DNA of 64,000 nt, taken from the IMG/VR virus record IMGVR_UViG_3300020419_001132; one strand, given 5' to 3'. Source of the stretch: a virus (lineage: Duplodnaviria; Caudoviricetes). Made by a program: the position numbers and the translations under genes. Positions 45,456 to 55,283 of the stretch are shown in pieces. The notes below the pieces were generated by a model. The model saw only the letters and a list, made by a program, of their open reading frames with translations, ran no database searches and had not been told where the DNA came from. Each line of letters begins with the position of its first letter. Within the stretch, counting starts at the first letter, position 1.

Positions 45456-46304
45456 TTACCCTAACAACTTTCCCAAGGTTTTTGGGCCAACAATACCGTC
45501 AGCAACTAGTCCATTTGAACTTTGCCAATGCTTTACAATTTTTGCAGTACCTGGACCAAAAATTCCATCAGCAGGATCAATATCAAGTTTCTCTTGTACT
45601 TCAGATACTAATGGTCCTCTGGAACCTTGTCTTATTGTTTGATTATACTCTATTTCTGGTTCTTCAAAATCACCACCCAGCACGTCTAATGCATGAATGT
45701 AATGTTTTTTACGATCGTCTAAACCAATTGTTCCACCGTTGATGCGTTTAGTCATACCAACAATATCTTGTGCATCACAATACTTGTTGATATTATTTGT
45801 ATCCCAAAACCAACATGCACTATCTAATGCTCCTGCTTTGGTTCTGACATAGTCTACTGCTTCTTCTGGTGTTTTTTCTACAGCTTTTGCGAATTCTGTG
45901 TAGTTGTACCTTCCTGTGAGCTGAAGTATTCCACCACCCCTAAAACGCCAACCATCGCCAGAGGCAGTATCGCCGTTATCCATCCTACTTGCATAAATGA
46001 CATTAGCAATTTTTTCTGGTTGTCTGTGGTATTCATTTGCATCTCTCCCAGCTCTTCTAAAATACTTGGGGAATATAGAATTTAATGCTTTGGCGCTATA
46101 GTTTAAATTTTCACTTAAGACTCTAAAGCCGCCGGACTCATGTCCACATTGTGCTACAAATCCTGCAACACGTTCTATAGTATTAACTTCCCATAATGGT
46201 AAGATTTCGCACATAGCATTGTACCAATCTCGCCAGTCATCTCTATGGATAAGCTCTTCAGCCATCCACTCTTCAAAATTAAATTTAAAGTGTTCTTTAG
46301 CCAT
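45456..46304 (-). CDS. GH19 endolysin with a C-terminal peptidoglycan-binding domain
   Basis: AQCGHESGGF, ENLNYS, FRGGGILQLTGRYNY, SACWFW, INGG; ADGIVGPKT. Confidence 0.9.
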   Translation of the reverse strand: MAKEHFKFNFEEWMAEELIHRDDWRDWYNAMCEILPLWEVNTIERVAGFVAQCGHESGGFRVLSENLNYSAKALNSIFPKYFRRAGRDANEYHRQPEKIANVIYASRMDNGDTASGDGWRFRGGGILQLTGRYNYTEFAKAVEKTPEEAVDYVRTKAGALDSACWFWDTNNINKYCDAQDIVGMTKRINGGTIGLDDRKKHYIHALDVLGGDFEEPEIEYNQTIRQGSRGPLVSEVQEKLDIDPADGIFGPGTAKIVKHWQSSNGLVADGIVGPKTLGKLLG

Positions 46305-46332
46305 TGTTTAGATCCTTTTTTTATAAAATTAT

Positions 46333-47049
46333 TTATTGAATACGTTCAACAACTAATGTCTTCCCGGCATTCTCCAGCGTTAATTTGCTACCGTATTTTG
46401 TAATATTGTAATCTCCTACGTACTTTGATAAAAATATTATTTCAGCAAAGTCCCAAGGATTAAAACTTTCAGTAATACTATCTAGTATTTCTTGTTTATT
46501 ACCAAATTTTATAAAATTAAAGTGTAAAGCTTCTGAGTATTTTTTCTTTATTGTAAGTTTATTCTCAAGTAAGTCGATTTGATCTACATAGCTTTTGTTA
46601 AAAAAGTGTTTGTAATTTTCTAAAGTTGTTTCTTCTTTTATTCTCTTGTAATCGTCTGCGTTAGATGGAACACTTTCTAAGTTTTCAAGAGTAGCTTCCT
46701 TACTTTGAAAGTTTTTATAATATCTAAATTTTAAAGAATCTAATCCGCCAATCTTTTTAACACCGTCTAGTATTTCAAAAATATTATTAGCTACACCTTT
46801 ATCTCGCTCCATTTCTACAAATACTTTATATGTGCCATCGCTTTGTTCTCCAGGAGTAACATCAGCATCTAATATAAAACTATAACCACTTTCTAAAAAG
46901 TTAACTAGGTCAACTGCAGGTGCTTTATCACGCATACTAAAACTAACTGTAACTATATCTTGATCTTCGCCCATTTTGCTTGAAAATGAATCAATCTCAA
47001 ATATATCGTATATCATATGTTTTAGATCTTCTTTATGCAATCCGCCCAT
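46333..47049 (-). CDS. Hypothetical phage protein
   Basis: Long ORF coupled to the upstream gene. Confidence 0.6.
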   Translation of the reverse strand: MGGLHKEDLKHMIYDIFEIDSFSSKMGEDQDIVTVSFSMRDKAPAVDLVNFLESGYSFILDADVTPGEQSDGTYKVFVEMERDKGVANNIFEILDGVKKIGGLDSLKFRYYKNFQSKEATLENLESVPSNADDYKRIKEETTLENYKHFFNKSYVDQIDLLENKLTIKKKYSEALHFNFIKFGNKQEILDSITESFNPWDFAEIIFLSKYVGDYNITKYGSKLTLENAGKTLVVERIQ

Positions 47050-47627
47050 TATACTGCTCCTTCAGGAGGTGCCGCTGGTGCTGGTTCGCCTCCGCCTGGT
47101 ACTGGTGGCGGCGGTGCCGCTCCTCCCATTGCTGTTGCATCAGCAGGTTGAGCTCCTGCTCCGGCTCCTGCATTAGTGTTCTCTTGCGGATCTGCAATCA
47201 TATCTTCCATTTCTTGGTATGAACCAAACATATCTGATATTAATTTTTTAGGCATCATTATTTCTACAATCCAAATTGCTTTTTTATCTAACTTGCCTTT
47301 TTTTGTACCTGGTCTAATGTCGTCTGGCTTTCTAATCTTACGTGGCTCTATCATATGTGTTTTTTGATAGGTAATTTTACAATCATAATCAAGTAAACGT
47401 TTACCGCCCATTGGATCAGGCATCTTAGCTCTGGGCCAAAAGAACTTGCAAGTTACCCAATGCCTGTCAATTTTAGGACCTTCAGCTAATTCGCCATCTT
47501 CCCAGTTGTCGTAGACATACAAGTCTAGTTCATCTAAGACTCTTTCAAAGTCTTTAAGTATACTAAAAGAAGAATTACTTTCGTAAATTCCTTCAACATT
47601 TTTTATAATATCGTAAATATCTTGCAT
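47049..47627 (-). CDS. Hypothetical phage protein with a Pro/Gly/Ala tail
   Basis: Late promoter 4 nt upstream. Confidence 0.6.
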   Translation of the reverse strand: MQDIYDIIKNVEGIYESNSSFSILKDFERVLDELDLYVYDNWEDGELAEGPKIDRHWVTCKFFWPRAKMPDPMGGKRLLDYDCKITYQKTHMIEPRKIRKPDDIRPGTKKGKLDKKAIWIVEIMMPKKLISDMFGSYQEMEDMIADPQENTNAGAGAGAQPADATAMGGAAPPPPVPGGGEPAPAAPPEGAV

Positions 47628-47630
47628 AGT

Positions 47631-47828
47631 TTATTTACTTCCCATATAACCAGCAATAATACCTATTAATCCTGTTAGGGCCATCTTCATGAGTGTTATT
47701 ACTTCTTCATCTATTGGTCTATTTTCTGCTAAGGCTACATAGTAGTCACCAATAATAATAACGCCTAAGAGTCCTAAAACTCCGCCTGTTAATATAATGA
47801 TTACTAAATCTTTTAAATTTTTAATCAT
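47631..47828 (-). CDS. Small 2-TM membrane protein
   Basis: Two hydrophobic helices; GGAG SD and GATAAATA upstream. Confidence 0.6.
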   Translation of the reverse strand: MIKNLKDLVIIILTGGVLGLLGVIIIGDYYVALAENRPIDEEVITLMKMALTGLIGIIAGYMGSK

Positions 47829-47894
47829 ATAGATGTCTCCATTGTATACTTTTATTTATCGTAATATGTATGTTGATAACCTTTGTCTGACAAG

Positions 47895-47902
47895 TATAAA
47901 TA
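47895..47902 (+). promoter_or_regulatory. Late promoter TATAAATA for phoH
   Basis: Exact match on the plus strand. Confidence 0.75.
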
Positions 47903-47971
47903 CTTTTGTAGGGCAACTAGCCCGACGTGGCGCAAGTCCTACGTACAAATCCATTGTAAGGAGGACACTTA

Positions 47972-48691
47972 ATGGGTGCAAAACGAGCGTCTCGAAAAGT
48001 GAGACAAAATTCAGTAAACAATGTCGTCGACTTTGACATATATAAAAAGAAAGATCAAGTAAACATCCTTCCAAGAAATAAAAATCAAGAAACATACATG
48101 CTAAAACTGCTTGACCGGGGAAAAGATATAGTCTTCGGAATTGGTCCTGCAGGAACCGGCAAAACACTTATTGCTGTTCAGGTGGCTGTAAAATTGTTTA
48201 AAGAGGGTGTAGTTGATAAGATAATTGTCACAAGGCCAGCAGTTTCTGTTGATGAAGATCTGGGGTTTTTACCAGGAACATTAGAACAGAAGATGGCACC
48301 TTGGACTAGGCCAATATTCGATGTATTAAGAGAATATTTTAATGCACGAGAAATATCAGGCATGATAGATGAAGGCATAATTGAAATATCCCCACTAGCA
48401 TATATGAGAGGCAGAACATTTAAAAGAGCTTTTATTTTAGCAGATGAGATGCAAAATGCAACTCAAAGCCAAATGAAAATGCTTTTAACAAGGATAGGCA
48501 TAGGATCTAAAATGGCAGTTACAGGTGATCTAGCTCAGGCTGATCGTGTAAATGACAATGGTCTTTTAAAATTTGTTGGATTTCTCGACGATAAACAACT
48601 TTCTCGGTTGGACATAGTCCGTTTTGCAAAAGGAGATATAGAAAGACATGAAGCTGTTAGGGAGGTATTAGAAGTTTACGGAGACGTGTAA
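47972..48691 (+). CDS. phoH: PhoH-family ATPase
   Basis: GPAGTGKT, LGFLPG, PLAYMRGRT, DEMQN, TGDLAQAD; AGGAGG SD. Confidence 0.92.
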   Translation: MGAKRASRKVRQNSVNNVVDFDIYKKKDQVNILPRNKNQETYMLKLLDRGKDIVFGIGPAGTGKTLIAVQVAVKLFKEGVVDKIIVTRPAVSVDEDLGFLPGTLEQKMAPWTRPIFDVLREYFNAREISGMIDEGIIEISPLAYMRGRTFKRAFILADEMQNATQSQMKMLLTRIGIGSKMAVTGDLAQADRVNDNGLLKFVGFLDDKQLSRLDIVRFAKGDIERHEAVREVLEVYGDV

Positions 48692-48704
48692 CTAACTTCC
48701 TGTT

Positions 48705-48736
48705 TCAACCCCGGCTAACTATTAGTCGGGTGTTGA
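48705..48736. terminator. Hairpin between convergent phoH and thyX
   Basis: TCAAC-CCCGGCTAA / CTA / TTAGTCGGG-T-GTTGA: 14-bp stem with one bulge. Confidence 0.6.
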
Positions 48737-49438
48737 GGCTTCCACATATTCCTTTACTGCTGGAAATATTTTTGCAATAACTTCAGCACATGCATGAGCA
48801 ATTTCCATATGTTCTTTTTGTGTGCCGTGACCGCCACGCAGTTCTATATAATGAATCCAACTTCGTAATGTTCCGTTCATGTAAAGTCTAGTTTTAGTTA
48901 GTCCTTCAGGTAGGACTACACGGGCTTGTTCTTTAGCAATGCCGTTATCTATAGCCCATTGATAGGCTTCTTGTGCTTCTCGTATAACTTTGTTTTGATG
49001 ACTGGCCCAAATCATTCCTAGTCTAATATCTTCCTTATTTTCTGGGTCTAAATCAACACTATTTTGTCTATTTTTTTTATCTTGTAACCTAGCTTCGCGA
49101 TGTACAAACATATCGCCCATTTCTTCTGGGTTTGCATAACGTTGACTAAATTCTTGAAAACTAAAACTTCTATGACGTACAATTTGATGTGCAATATCTC
49201 TGGTTGTGTTAATTTCTAAACAAGCACTTACCATCTCAAACGGTGACCAATGTTTGTGTTTTACTAGATATTTTAATAGTTTTTCGTTTGTTTCCTTGTT
49301 ATTTTGATTGCTAGGGTTACTTACTCTAGCACAATAGGCAACTAAATCTTGACAATCTTTTATAGATTTATCAGTTTCATAATAAGCACTATTTTCGTAT
49401 TCCGATGGTTTACTATATGATATTAAGCGAACGGCCAT
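48722..49438 (-). CDS. thyX: FAD-dependent thymidylate synthase
   Basis: HWSPFE, RHRSFSFQEFSQRY, LRSWIHYIELR. Confidence 0.93.
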   Translation of the reverse strand: MAVRLISYSKPSEYENSAYYETDKSIKDCQDLVAYCARVSNPSNQNNKETNEKLLKYLVKHKHWSPFEMVSACLEINTTRDIAHQIVRHRSFSFQEFSQRYANPEEMGDMFVHREARLQDKKNRQNSVDLDPENKEDIRLGMIWASHQNKVIREAQEAYQWAIDNGIAKEQARVVLPEGLTKTRLYMNGTLRSWIHYIELRGGHGTQKEHMEIAHACAEVIAKIFPAVKEYVEASTPD

Positions 49439-49626
49439 TCTTTTTTCCTTCCTTTTAAGTTTCTAATTCTATCTTCAATAAAATGTATTGCAGTATGTAT
49501 ATGTCCCGTGTCTTGGGGTTGGATTAGTGTTCTGTAATACTCTACTTCTTCTTCTAGTACTTCTAATCTAACTAGGTCATTTATTAATGTTCTGTTTTTG
49601 CTAGTCGCCTTCGCCTGGATTTTCAC
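49423..49626 (-). CDS. Small hypothetical protein
   Basis: ORF in operon; start uncertain. Confidence 0.45.
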   Translation of the reverse strand: MKIQAKATSKNRTLINDLVRLEVLEEEVEYYRTLIQPQDTGHIHTAIHFIEDRIRNLKGRKKEWPFA

Positions 49627-49939
49627 TAAAGTGTTCCTCTAATTTGTTTGGCACTCCTTGCCATTTTTCTGCATCTTCTGGGGCATCTTTCTTTTCAGTT
49701 ATATTTGGCCATTGTTCTGACCATTTTTTATTAAAGTCAACCCAAAAATCTTTGTCACCTGTAGAATCAGGAAGTATTGCATCTACAGGACATTCTGGTT
49801 CGCATACACCACAATCAATACACTCGTCTGGATGTATAACTAACATGTTTTCTCCCTCGTAGAAACAGTCCACGGGGCATACCTCAACGCAATCCATATG
49901 TTTGCATTTTATACAGTTGTCATTTACTATGTACGTCAC
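49601..49939 (-). CDS. fdxA: 7Fe ferredoxin (FdxA-type)
   Basis: [18 protein letters not shown]...[12 protein letters not shown]. Confidence 0.9.
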   Translation of the reverse strand: MTYIVNDNCIKCKHMDCVEVCPVDCFYEGENMLVIHPDECIDCGVCEPECPVDAILPDSTGDKDFWVDFNKKWSEQWPNITEKKDAPEDAEKWQGVPNKLEEHFSENPGEGD

Positions 49940-50855
49940 TCGTTAATCTCGAAAGTCTGATTAATGTTGCGGCCAAATTAATTTCTGGATCCACAACTAA
50001 AGTATGATCTACTAATCCTTGTTTTATAATTAAAACTGCTTGATCCTGTTGTTCATCATCACCAAATAGTTCTATATTATCATACAGCCATCTGTATATA
50101 TCTTCCATCTCTTCTGGACGAACTGTACCACACAAAAGTTTTCTTGCTTTTTGTATTTTTCCTTCTTTGAACAGTTCTACCATATCAAGTTTCCAGTCAG
50201 CTTCTCCAGTATCACCTTCATTTGGTCTAAGCAAACTATTGTCTTGTATATTCATTTGTACAGTATTGATACACTTTCTTAAGTCTGGATAAGTTGCTTT
50301 AACATATGTATCAAGTATATCTAAGTCTGGTGTAATGCCTTCAGTAATAAGTATCTCTGCCACTCTAGCTGTGAACTCAGTTTGATCAATTTTTGCAATG
50401 TGAAAACCTTGACACCTGCTATGGATAGCTGGAATAATACGGTTTGGATAATTACAAGTTAGAACAAATCTAGAAGTTGTATGATACTCCTCCATAACAC
50501 CTCTAAGTGCCGCTTGTGCATTAGGTGATAGATAATCTGCTTCATCTAGCAACACAACCTTAAAGTCTCCGAATGGAATCATTTGTACAAAGTTAACAAT
50601 CCTATCTCTAACGTCATCTACTGAGTTAGTTCTACTGGCATTTATTTCTAGTATATCGTATTCGTTAACTTCTAACTCATTAAACAAAAGTTTTGCTAAT
50701 GTAGTTTTACCTATACCTGCATTCCCACTAAAAAGTAGATGAGGAATAGTTTTATCTTTGATCCAAGTTTTAACTTGTTTTCTTTGTGCTTCATCTCTAA
50801 AGACATATCCATTTACTGTCTTAGGACGATACTTTTCAACCCATAGATCTTTCAT
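49920..50855 (-). CDS. Clamp loader ATPase subunit (gp44/RFC-like)
   Basis: [22 protein letters not shown]. Confidence 0.92.
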   Translation of the reverse strand: MKDLWVEKYRPKTVNGYVFRDEAQRKQVKTWIKDKTIPHLLFSGNAGIGKTTLAKLLFNELEVNEYDILEINASRTNSVDDVRDRIVNFVQMIPFGDFKVVLLDEADYLSPNAQAALRGVMEEYHTTSRFVLTCNYPNRIIPAIHSRCQGFHIAKIDQTEFTARVAEILITEGITPDLDILDTYVKATYPDLRKCINTVQMNIQDNSLLRPNEGDTGEADWKLDMVELFKEGKIQKARKLLCGTVRPEEMEDIYRWLYDNIELFGDDEQQDQAVLIIKQGLVDHTLVVDPEINLAATLIRLSRLTSDVHSK

Positions 50856-50878
50856 TGTTGCTCCTGCATTTTTATAGT

Positions 50879-50907
50879 ATTATAGCAGTAAAATGTCTGC
50901 TTGTCAA
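50879..50907 (-). promoter_or_regulatory. Consensus sigma70 promoter for the clamp loader
   Basis: TTGACA-17-TATAAT exact. Confidence 0.8.
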
Positions 50908-52433
50908 TGGAATTTTTGGTAAAAATCAACACTATTTTGGAAACTATCTGTATATTTTCTTTTTTCTTGATGTACTTTGTTTATCTTTATATCTAAATTT
51001 TTAAGCTCTTCTGGCAAACTACTACCCCAAAAATTAGCATTTGAGTCTTTAAACATATTATAAGGAGTCATTTTATGTCCAGCTATCATATATAAAACTG
51101 CACCAAACTCCTCCCAACTCAGTCTATTTTCTATTTCCCAATATGGACAACCCATAAGTTCATAAACTTGTCTTAATAAAGGACTGTCTGTAAAATTTTG
51201 TTGTTGTATGTCTTTCCAATATTGATTGTCATCTCTAGAAGTCATTGCATAGTGTAATGATATAAAATCTGCAAAGTATAAAAATTGTTCTCTACAGTTA
51301 TGATTAAATGCTTGTGCATCAAAATTATTTAAGGTTTCTTTATTATGTGCTATATTTACAAACTGTAATAAAAATTCATGAACACTCATAAGTCCGTTCG
51401 ACTCTAATGGTTCTATAAATGCGCCACTTAATCCAATGCTGATACAATTCTTTACCCACATTCTTTCACTCATACCATTACGCATTCTAATGTGTTTAAA
51501 TTCCATTTCATTTGCAATTGGTCCTAAGTAACTTTTATACTCTTTTAATGCATCTTCGGAGGTAATGTAATCATCACAATAATTATATCCTGTCCCAATC
51601 CTCTCCCATGTTGGTATTTCCCATACCCATCCATAGTCAAGAGCTACACTATTTGTATATAATTTTAATTGTTCTTTTTTGTTTTCGTAAGGCCTAGCAC
51701 CTGCCCATGCACAATTTGTATATGTTTTGTTGTTAAAACCTCTCCAAGGTTCATTTAGTACACCTTCTATTAATACTCTTTTAAACCCTGTACAATCAAA
51801 GAACAGATCTGCCTTTAGACGTCCTTGGTCTGTCCTTATGTATTCTATGTATCCGTTTTCATCTTGATCTGCACCTGTGACATCCGCGACAATATGCTTT
51901 ACACCTTTTGGTTTGCAATATTCGTCACGTAAGTATCCATAAAATTTATGTGTATCAAAATGCCAGGCGGCATCTTTTTCTATACACCATCCATTAGGTA
52001 AGACTATATCTGGTACCTTGTTTTCTTCTATACAGTAATTTATAGGTGAACAGTCGTTTACAAAGTCTTCAAAAGGAACCTGCTTGTGAAATTGATATCC
52101 AAACCAGTTTGATATATTATAATATCGTTCGTCTAGTCTTCCAAAAGGATAATGAAACCCCACCTTATCATTTTTATGAAAGTTTTCAAATCTAATACTT
52201 AATTTATTAGTTGCATTACATTTTGTAAGAAAATCTATATCTGGAATTTCAAGAAAATTTTGCCATCTCCGCATTAATTGTGTAGTGCTTTCGCCTACAC
52301 CTACTACAGGTTGGTTTGCAGATTCTACCACTGTTATCTTTTTATTAGGAAATGCTTTTACTAATGTAGCCGCGGTCATCCAACCTGCACTACCACCTCC
52401 TACTACAATTATGCTATTAAACTTCATATACAT
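50904..52433 (-). CDS. Flavin-dependent tryptophan-halogenase-like protein
   Basis: GGGSAGW, VGVGEST, WVWEIP, FIEPLESNG. Confidence 0.85.
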   Translation of the reverse strand: MYMKFNSIIVVGGGSAGWMTAATLVKAFPNKKITVVESANQPVVGVGESTTQLMRRWQNFLEIPDIDFLTKCNATNKLSIRFENFHKNDKVGFHYPFGRLDERYYNISNWFGYQFHKQVPFEDFVNDCSPINYCIEENKVPDIVLPNGWCIEKDAAWHFDTHKFYGYLRDEYCKPKGVKHIVADVTGADQDENGYIEYIRTDQGRLKADLFFDCTGFKRVLIEGVLNEPWRGFNNKTYTNCAWAGARPYENKKEQLKLYTNSVALDYGWVWEIPTWERIGTGYNYCDDYITSEDALKEYKSYLGPIANEMEFKHIRMRNGMSERMWVKNCISIGLSGAFIEPLESNGLMSVHEFLLQFVNIAHNKETLNNFDAQAFNHNCREQFLYFADFISLHYAMTSRDDNQYWKDIQQQNFTDSPLLRQVYELMGCPYWEIENRLSWEEFGAVLYMIAGHKMTPYNMFKDSNANFWGSSLPEELKNLDIKINKVHQEKRKYTDSFQNSVDFYQKFH

Positions 52434-53022
52434 TTCCTGAAACAGTTATTCTATATTCGTCACTTGTATAAAACGGAAAAACTTGGTGTACCATTTTACT
52501 TGGAAAAAACAAAATTCTACCTTCGTCTTTTTTGTCAACTGCAATGTCGCAGTTTGATATTTCGCCAAATATATTTGTATAGCTAAAACTAAAGTATCCA
52601 GGCCTAGGAGTATTACTATGCTTTACACTATTGTTTTCTAATTCTTTATCTAATGTAAAAGGTACTTGTACAAATATAACAAAGCTATAGCTACCATCAT
52701 GATGATGTGGAGGATTAAATTCATGCTTCTTTTGATAATTAACCCATGTATCTCCAAGTTGCCAATTAGCTCCACTACTAGAAGACTCCCATTGTTTTTC
52801 ATATTCTTTGCTTAAAACTTTAAGAAATGGTTCTAATTTACTTTTACAATCATATAGTTTGTATTCGTGTTCTATATTGCCAGCCAAATCATTATTAGCT
52901 ACTTCTTTAGGAAATACTTTAGTTTCTTCTTTTATAGACTGGAATATGTCTTGAGGAACTATAGAATTAATAAATCCGTAATTAGGAAATGTACCAAACA
53001 TAATATCAGACACCAATATCAC
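52417..53022 (-). CDS. Putative 2OG-Fe(II) oxygenase
   Basis: WVNYQKKHEFNPPHHH, FFPSKMVHQV, RITVSGN. Confidence 0.75.
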   Translation of the reverse strand: MILVSDIMFGTFPNYGFINSIVPQDIFQSIKEETKVFPKEVANNDLAGNIEHEYKLYDCKSKLEPFLKVLSKEYEKQWESSSSGANWQLGDTWVNYQKKHEFNPPHHHDGSYSFVIFVQVPFTLDKELENNSVKHSNTPRPGYFSFSYTNIFGEISNCDIAVDKKDEGRILFFPSKMVHQVFPFYTSDEYRITVSGNVYEV

Positions 53023-53614
53023 CTAGTGTTCTAACCCCACTAATATTACGCCCGCCATGATCTATGTCTGAATCACTATTGAAACTTACTATTGTTTTTG
53101 TTTTATTGTTTTTGTTTTTTGGTGCTTGATGTATTACAAAGCTAGGAAATGTAATTACATCTCCTTCTTGGATATCTAGTTTTATGATTGTTTTATTATC
53201 CCAAGGACTTACTAGTTGTGTTTTAGGAGCAAGATCTGGTAAGTCTAAATAATATACACTAGTCCATTGACAGTCAGTATGTACATGCCAACCATGAGTT
53301 GATCCTGTTTCATATTGTTGATACCAAATGTTATGTATCTTAAATGTATCATAACCTAAGTTTTTGTAAGTATCTGTAACAACGTTCATCAAGTAAGGTT
53401 TTAAAAATGTTAACCATTTTCTAGCAGGATCATCGTTATCTAATGTAACACCATCTACTGAATAATCGCATCTTGTTATGTCTAAATTGCCCCCAGCATA
53501 TCTAGTACGTTCACCGGGGCTTTCGTCAATTAAAGAAAGGCATTTTTCCTTTATATCTAAATGTTCTGATATCTTGTTTATGGCTATAGGAACTTCTAGC
53601 TTTTGCTTTAACAT
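53006..53614 (-). CDS. Putative 2OG-Fe(II) oxygenase
   Basis: WYQQY...HGWHVH, EGDVITFPSFVIH, KTIVSFN. Confidence 0.75.
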   Translation of the reverse strand: MLKQKLEVPIAINKISEHLDIKEKCLSLIDESPGERTRYAGGNLDITRCDYSVDGVTLDNDDPARKWLTFLKPYLMNVVTDTYKNLGYDTFKIHNIWYQQYETGSTHGWHVHTDCQWTSVYYLDLPDLAPKTQLVSPWDNKTIIKLDIQEGDVITFPSFVIHQAPKNKNNKTKTIVSFNSDSDIDHGGRNISGVRTLGDIGV

Positions 53615-53626
53615 CAGTTACCCTTT

Positions 53627-54310
53627 CTATTCTCTATCTCCTAAAAGAGCGAGTAGCATTTGAAACAAATTAATAAAGTTTAGATAAAGACTTAAAGCAA
53701 ACTGAATACCGTATTTAGGTTCTCTAGTTTGTAGGAAAATGTTTCTAGCATTTTGTGTGTCCCAAGCAGTCAGTCCTGTAAATATAAACACACCAATAAT
53801 ACTGATAGCAAACATCATTGCTGAACTAGCAAGGAAAATATTTACTACACTTGCAATTATAATACCTATCAGGCCCATTATGAGGAAGTGTCCGAATCCT
53901 GACAAATCCCGTTTAGTAGTATAACCGTAAAGACTTGCACCTGCGAAGGTTGCTGAAGTAATAAAAAATACTTGGGTAATACTATAAGCGGTATATACTG
54001 CAAAAATAGTACTTAAACTAATACCCATTAATGCAACAAATGCATAATAGAATAATCCAAGTTTTTTAATATCCCAATTATGGCTAGTAAAGCTATACCA
54101 CAAGATCATACCGAGTGGTGCAAATACAAAAAGCCACATTAAATTTCCAAGTGAATACAATAGTCCGCTTGAATATGTAAGCCATGCGACTGCTCCGCTA
54201 ATTGCTAAACCACTAGCAGTATGGTTATACATGTTTAACATGAACTGTCTTAAACCTTCATCAAATGCTACGTTTTCTTTTGCACTTGTTGTATAACTTT
54301 GTACTTTCAT
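53627..54310 (-). CDS. Bax inhibitor-1/YccA family membrane protein
   Basis: Seven TM helices; AWDTQ and ALSLYLNFINLF motifs. Confidence 0.88.
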   Translation of the reverse strand: MKVQSYTTSAKENVAFDEGLRQFMLNMYNHTASGLAISGAVAWLTYSSGLLYSLGNLMWLFVFAPLGMILWYSFTSHNWDIKKLGLFYYAFVALMGISLSTIFAVYTAYSITQVFFITSATFAGASLYGYTTKRDLSGFGHFLIMGLIGIIIASVVNIFLASSAMMFAISIIGVFIFTGLTAWDTQNARNIFLQTREPKYGIQFALSLYLNFINLFQMLLALLGDRE

Positions 54311-54879
54311 TATTTCTCTCCTCTTAGTAACTCAATTATTTCTTTCCAATTATTTACTCTAATTACATCAGGATTATCATACCATTTATTGTAATCATGA
54401 TTAATTAATATAACTTTGTGTCCTGCATCAAGTCCTGCGTCACAGTTAAGAGGTTTATCTTCTATCCACCAGTGACCTGGTTCATATTCTTTAAGAATAT
54501 CATCCTTGTCTTGACCTTGTCCAATGCATCTAGTTTTAGTTACCGCAGTTCCAAAATGATTATAAAGATTAAGTTTTCTAAGTTCACCTGCATAATAATC
54601 ACTACTTAGACTAGTAATACATTCTAAATTATAATTCATTTTAGCAAGTTCAGGAACATATTCTGTTGCATCTCTTAAAGGACGTAACCATCCTATCCAA
54701 GCAGAGTCATTGAACCTTGTTACTAAAGCATCTGACTCTTCTTTGGTAATTCCGTATCTCGTGTACTGATTATAAACTTCTGGTTGTACAATAGAGTAGT
54801 TAAGTTTTGACATCCAAGAAGTAAATGCATCTTCCCAGTTAAGTAAAACTCCATCTGCGTCTGTTAATATTTTTTGAAT
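54310..54879 (-). CDS. HAD-family phosphatase/nucleotidase; true N-terminus extends to an ATT at 54879
   Basis: In-frame extension IQKILTDADGVLLNWEDAF (DxD motif) plus WIEDKPLN. Confidence 0.7.
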   Translation of the reverse strand: MQKILTDADGVLLNWEDAFTSWMSKLNYSIVQPEVYNQYTRYGITKEESDALVTRFNDSAWIGWLRPLRDATEYVPELAKMNYNLECITSLSSDYYAGELRKLNLYNHFGTAVTKTRCIGQGQDKDDILKEYEPGHWWIEDKPLNCDAGLDAGHKVILINHDYNKWYDNPDVIRVNNWKEIIELLRGEK

Positions 54880-55283
54880 TAGAGGTCTCCGTCTTTCCTG
54901 TTCTCACTATAGTGTGCATCAAATTCTCCGCCAGGGTAACGGGCTTTTAACTTATTAATATTTTCCTGGATAACGTCATTAGGATCTAAACCCAACGATC
55001 GGCATGAATTAATCCAATACCACATAACATCGCCAAGTTCTCTTTTAATGTGAAACTTTGTGTCGTCATCCAAAGGTTTACCTTGGAATATACATTTTTT
55101 AACGATCTCTGCAAATTCTCCTCCTTCTGAAGCTAAGCCTATGGCTCCTGTTAATAACAGTGACATCTTAACACCAGATTCTTCCTCCAACCTATTCAAT
55201 GTTTCTACTAGGTCTGTTGTACGGCCTGAAGAACCAGATGTTACTTCTTCTACAAAATCTTTGTATTTGTTTAAGTCTATCAT
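54879..55283 (-). CDS. mazG: MazG-like NTP pyrophosphohydrolase
   Basis: GLASEGGEFAEIVKK, RELGDVMWY, NINKLKARY. Confidence 0.88.
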   Translation of the reverse strand: MIDLNKYKDFVEEVTSGSSGRTTDLVETLNRLEEESGVKMSLLLTGAIGLASEGGEFAEIVKKCIFQGKPLDDDTKFHIKRELGDVMWYWINSCRSLGLDPNDVIQENINKLKARYPGGEFDAHYSENRKDGDL

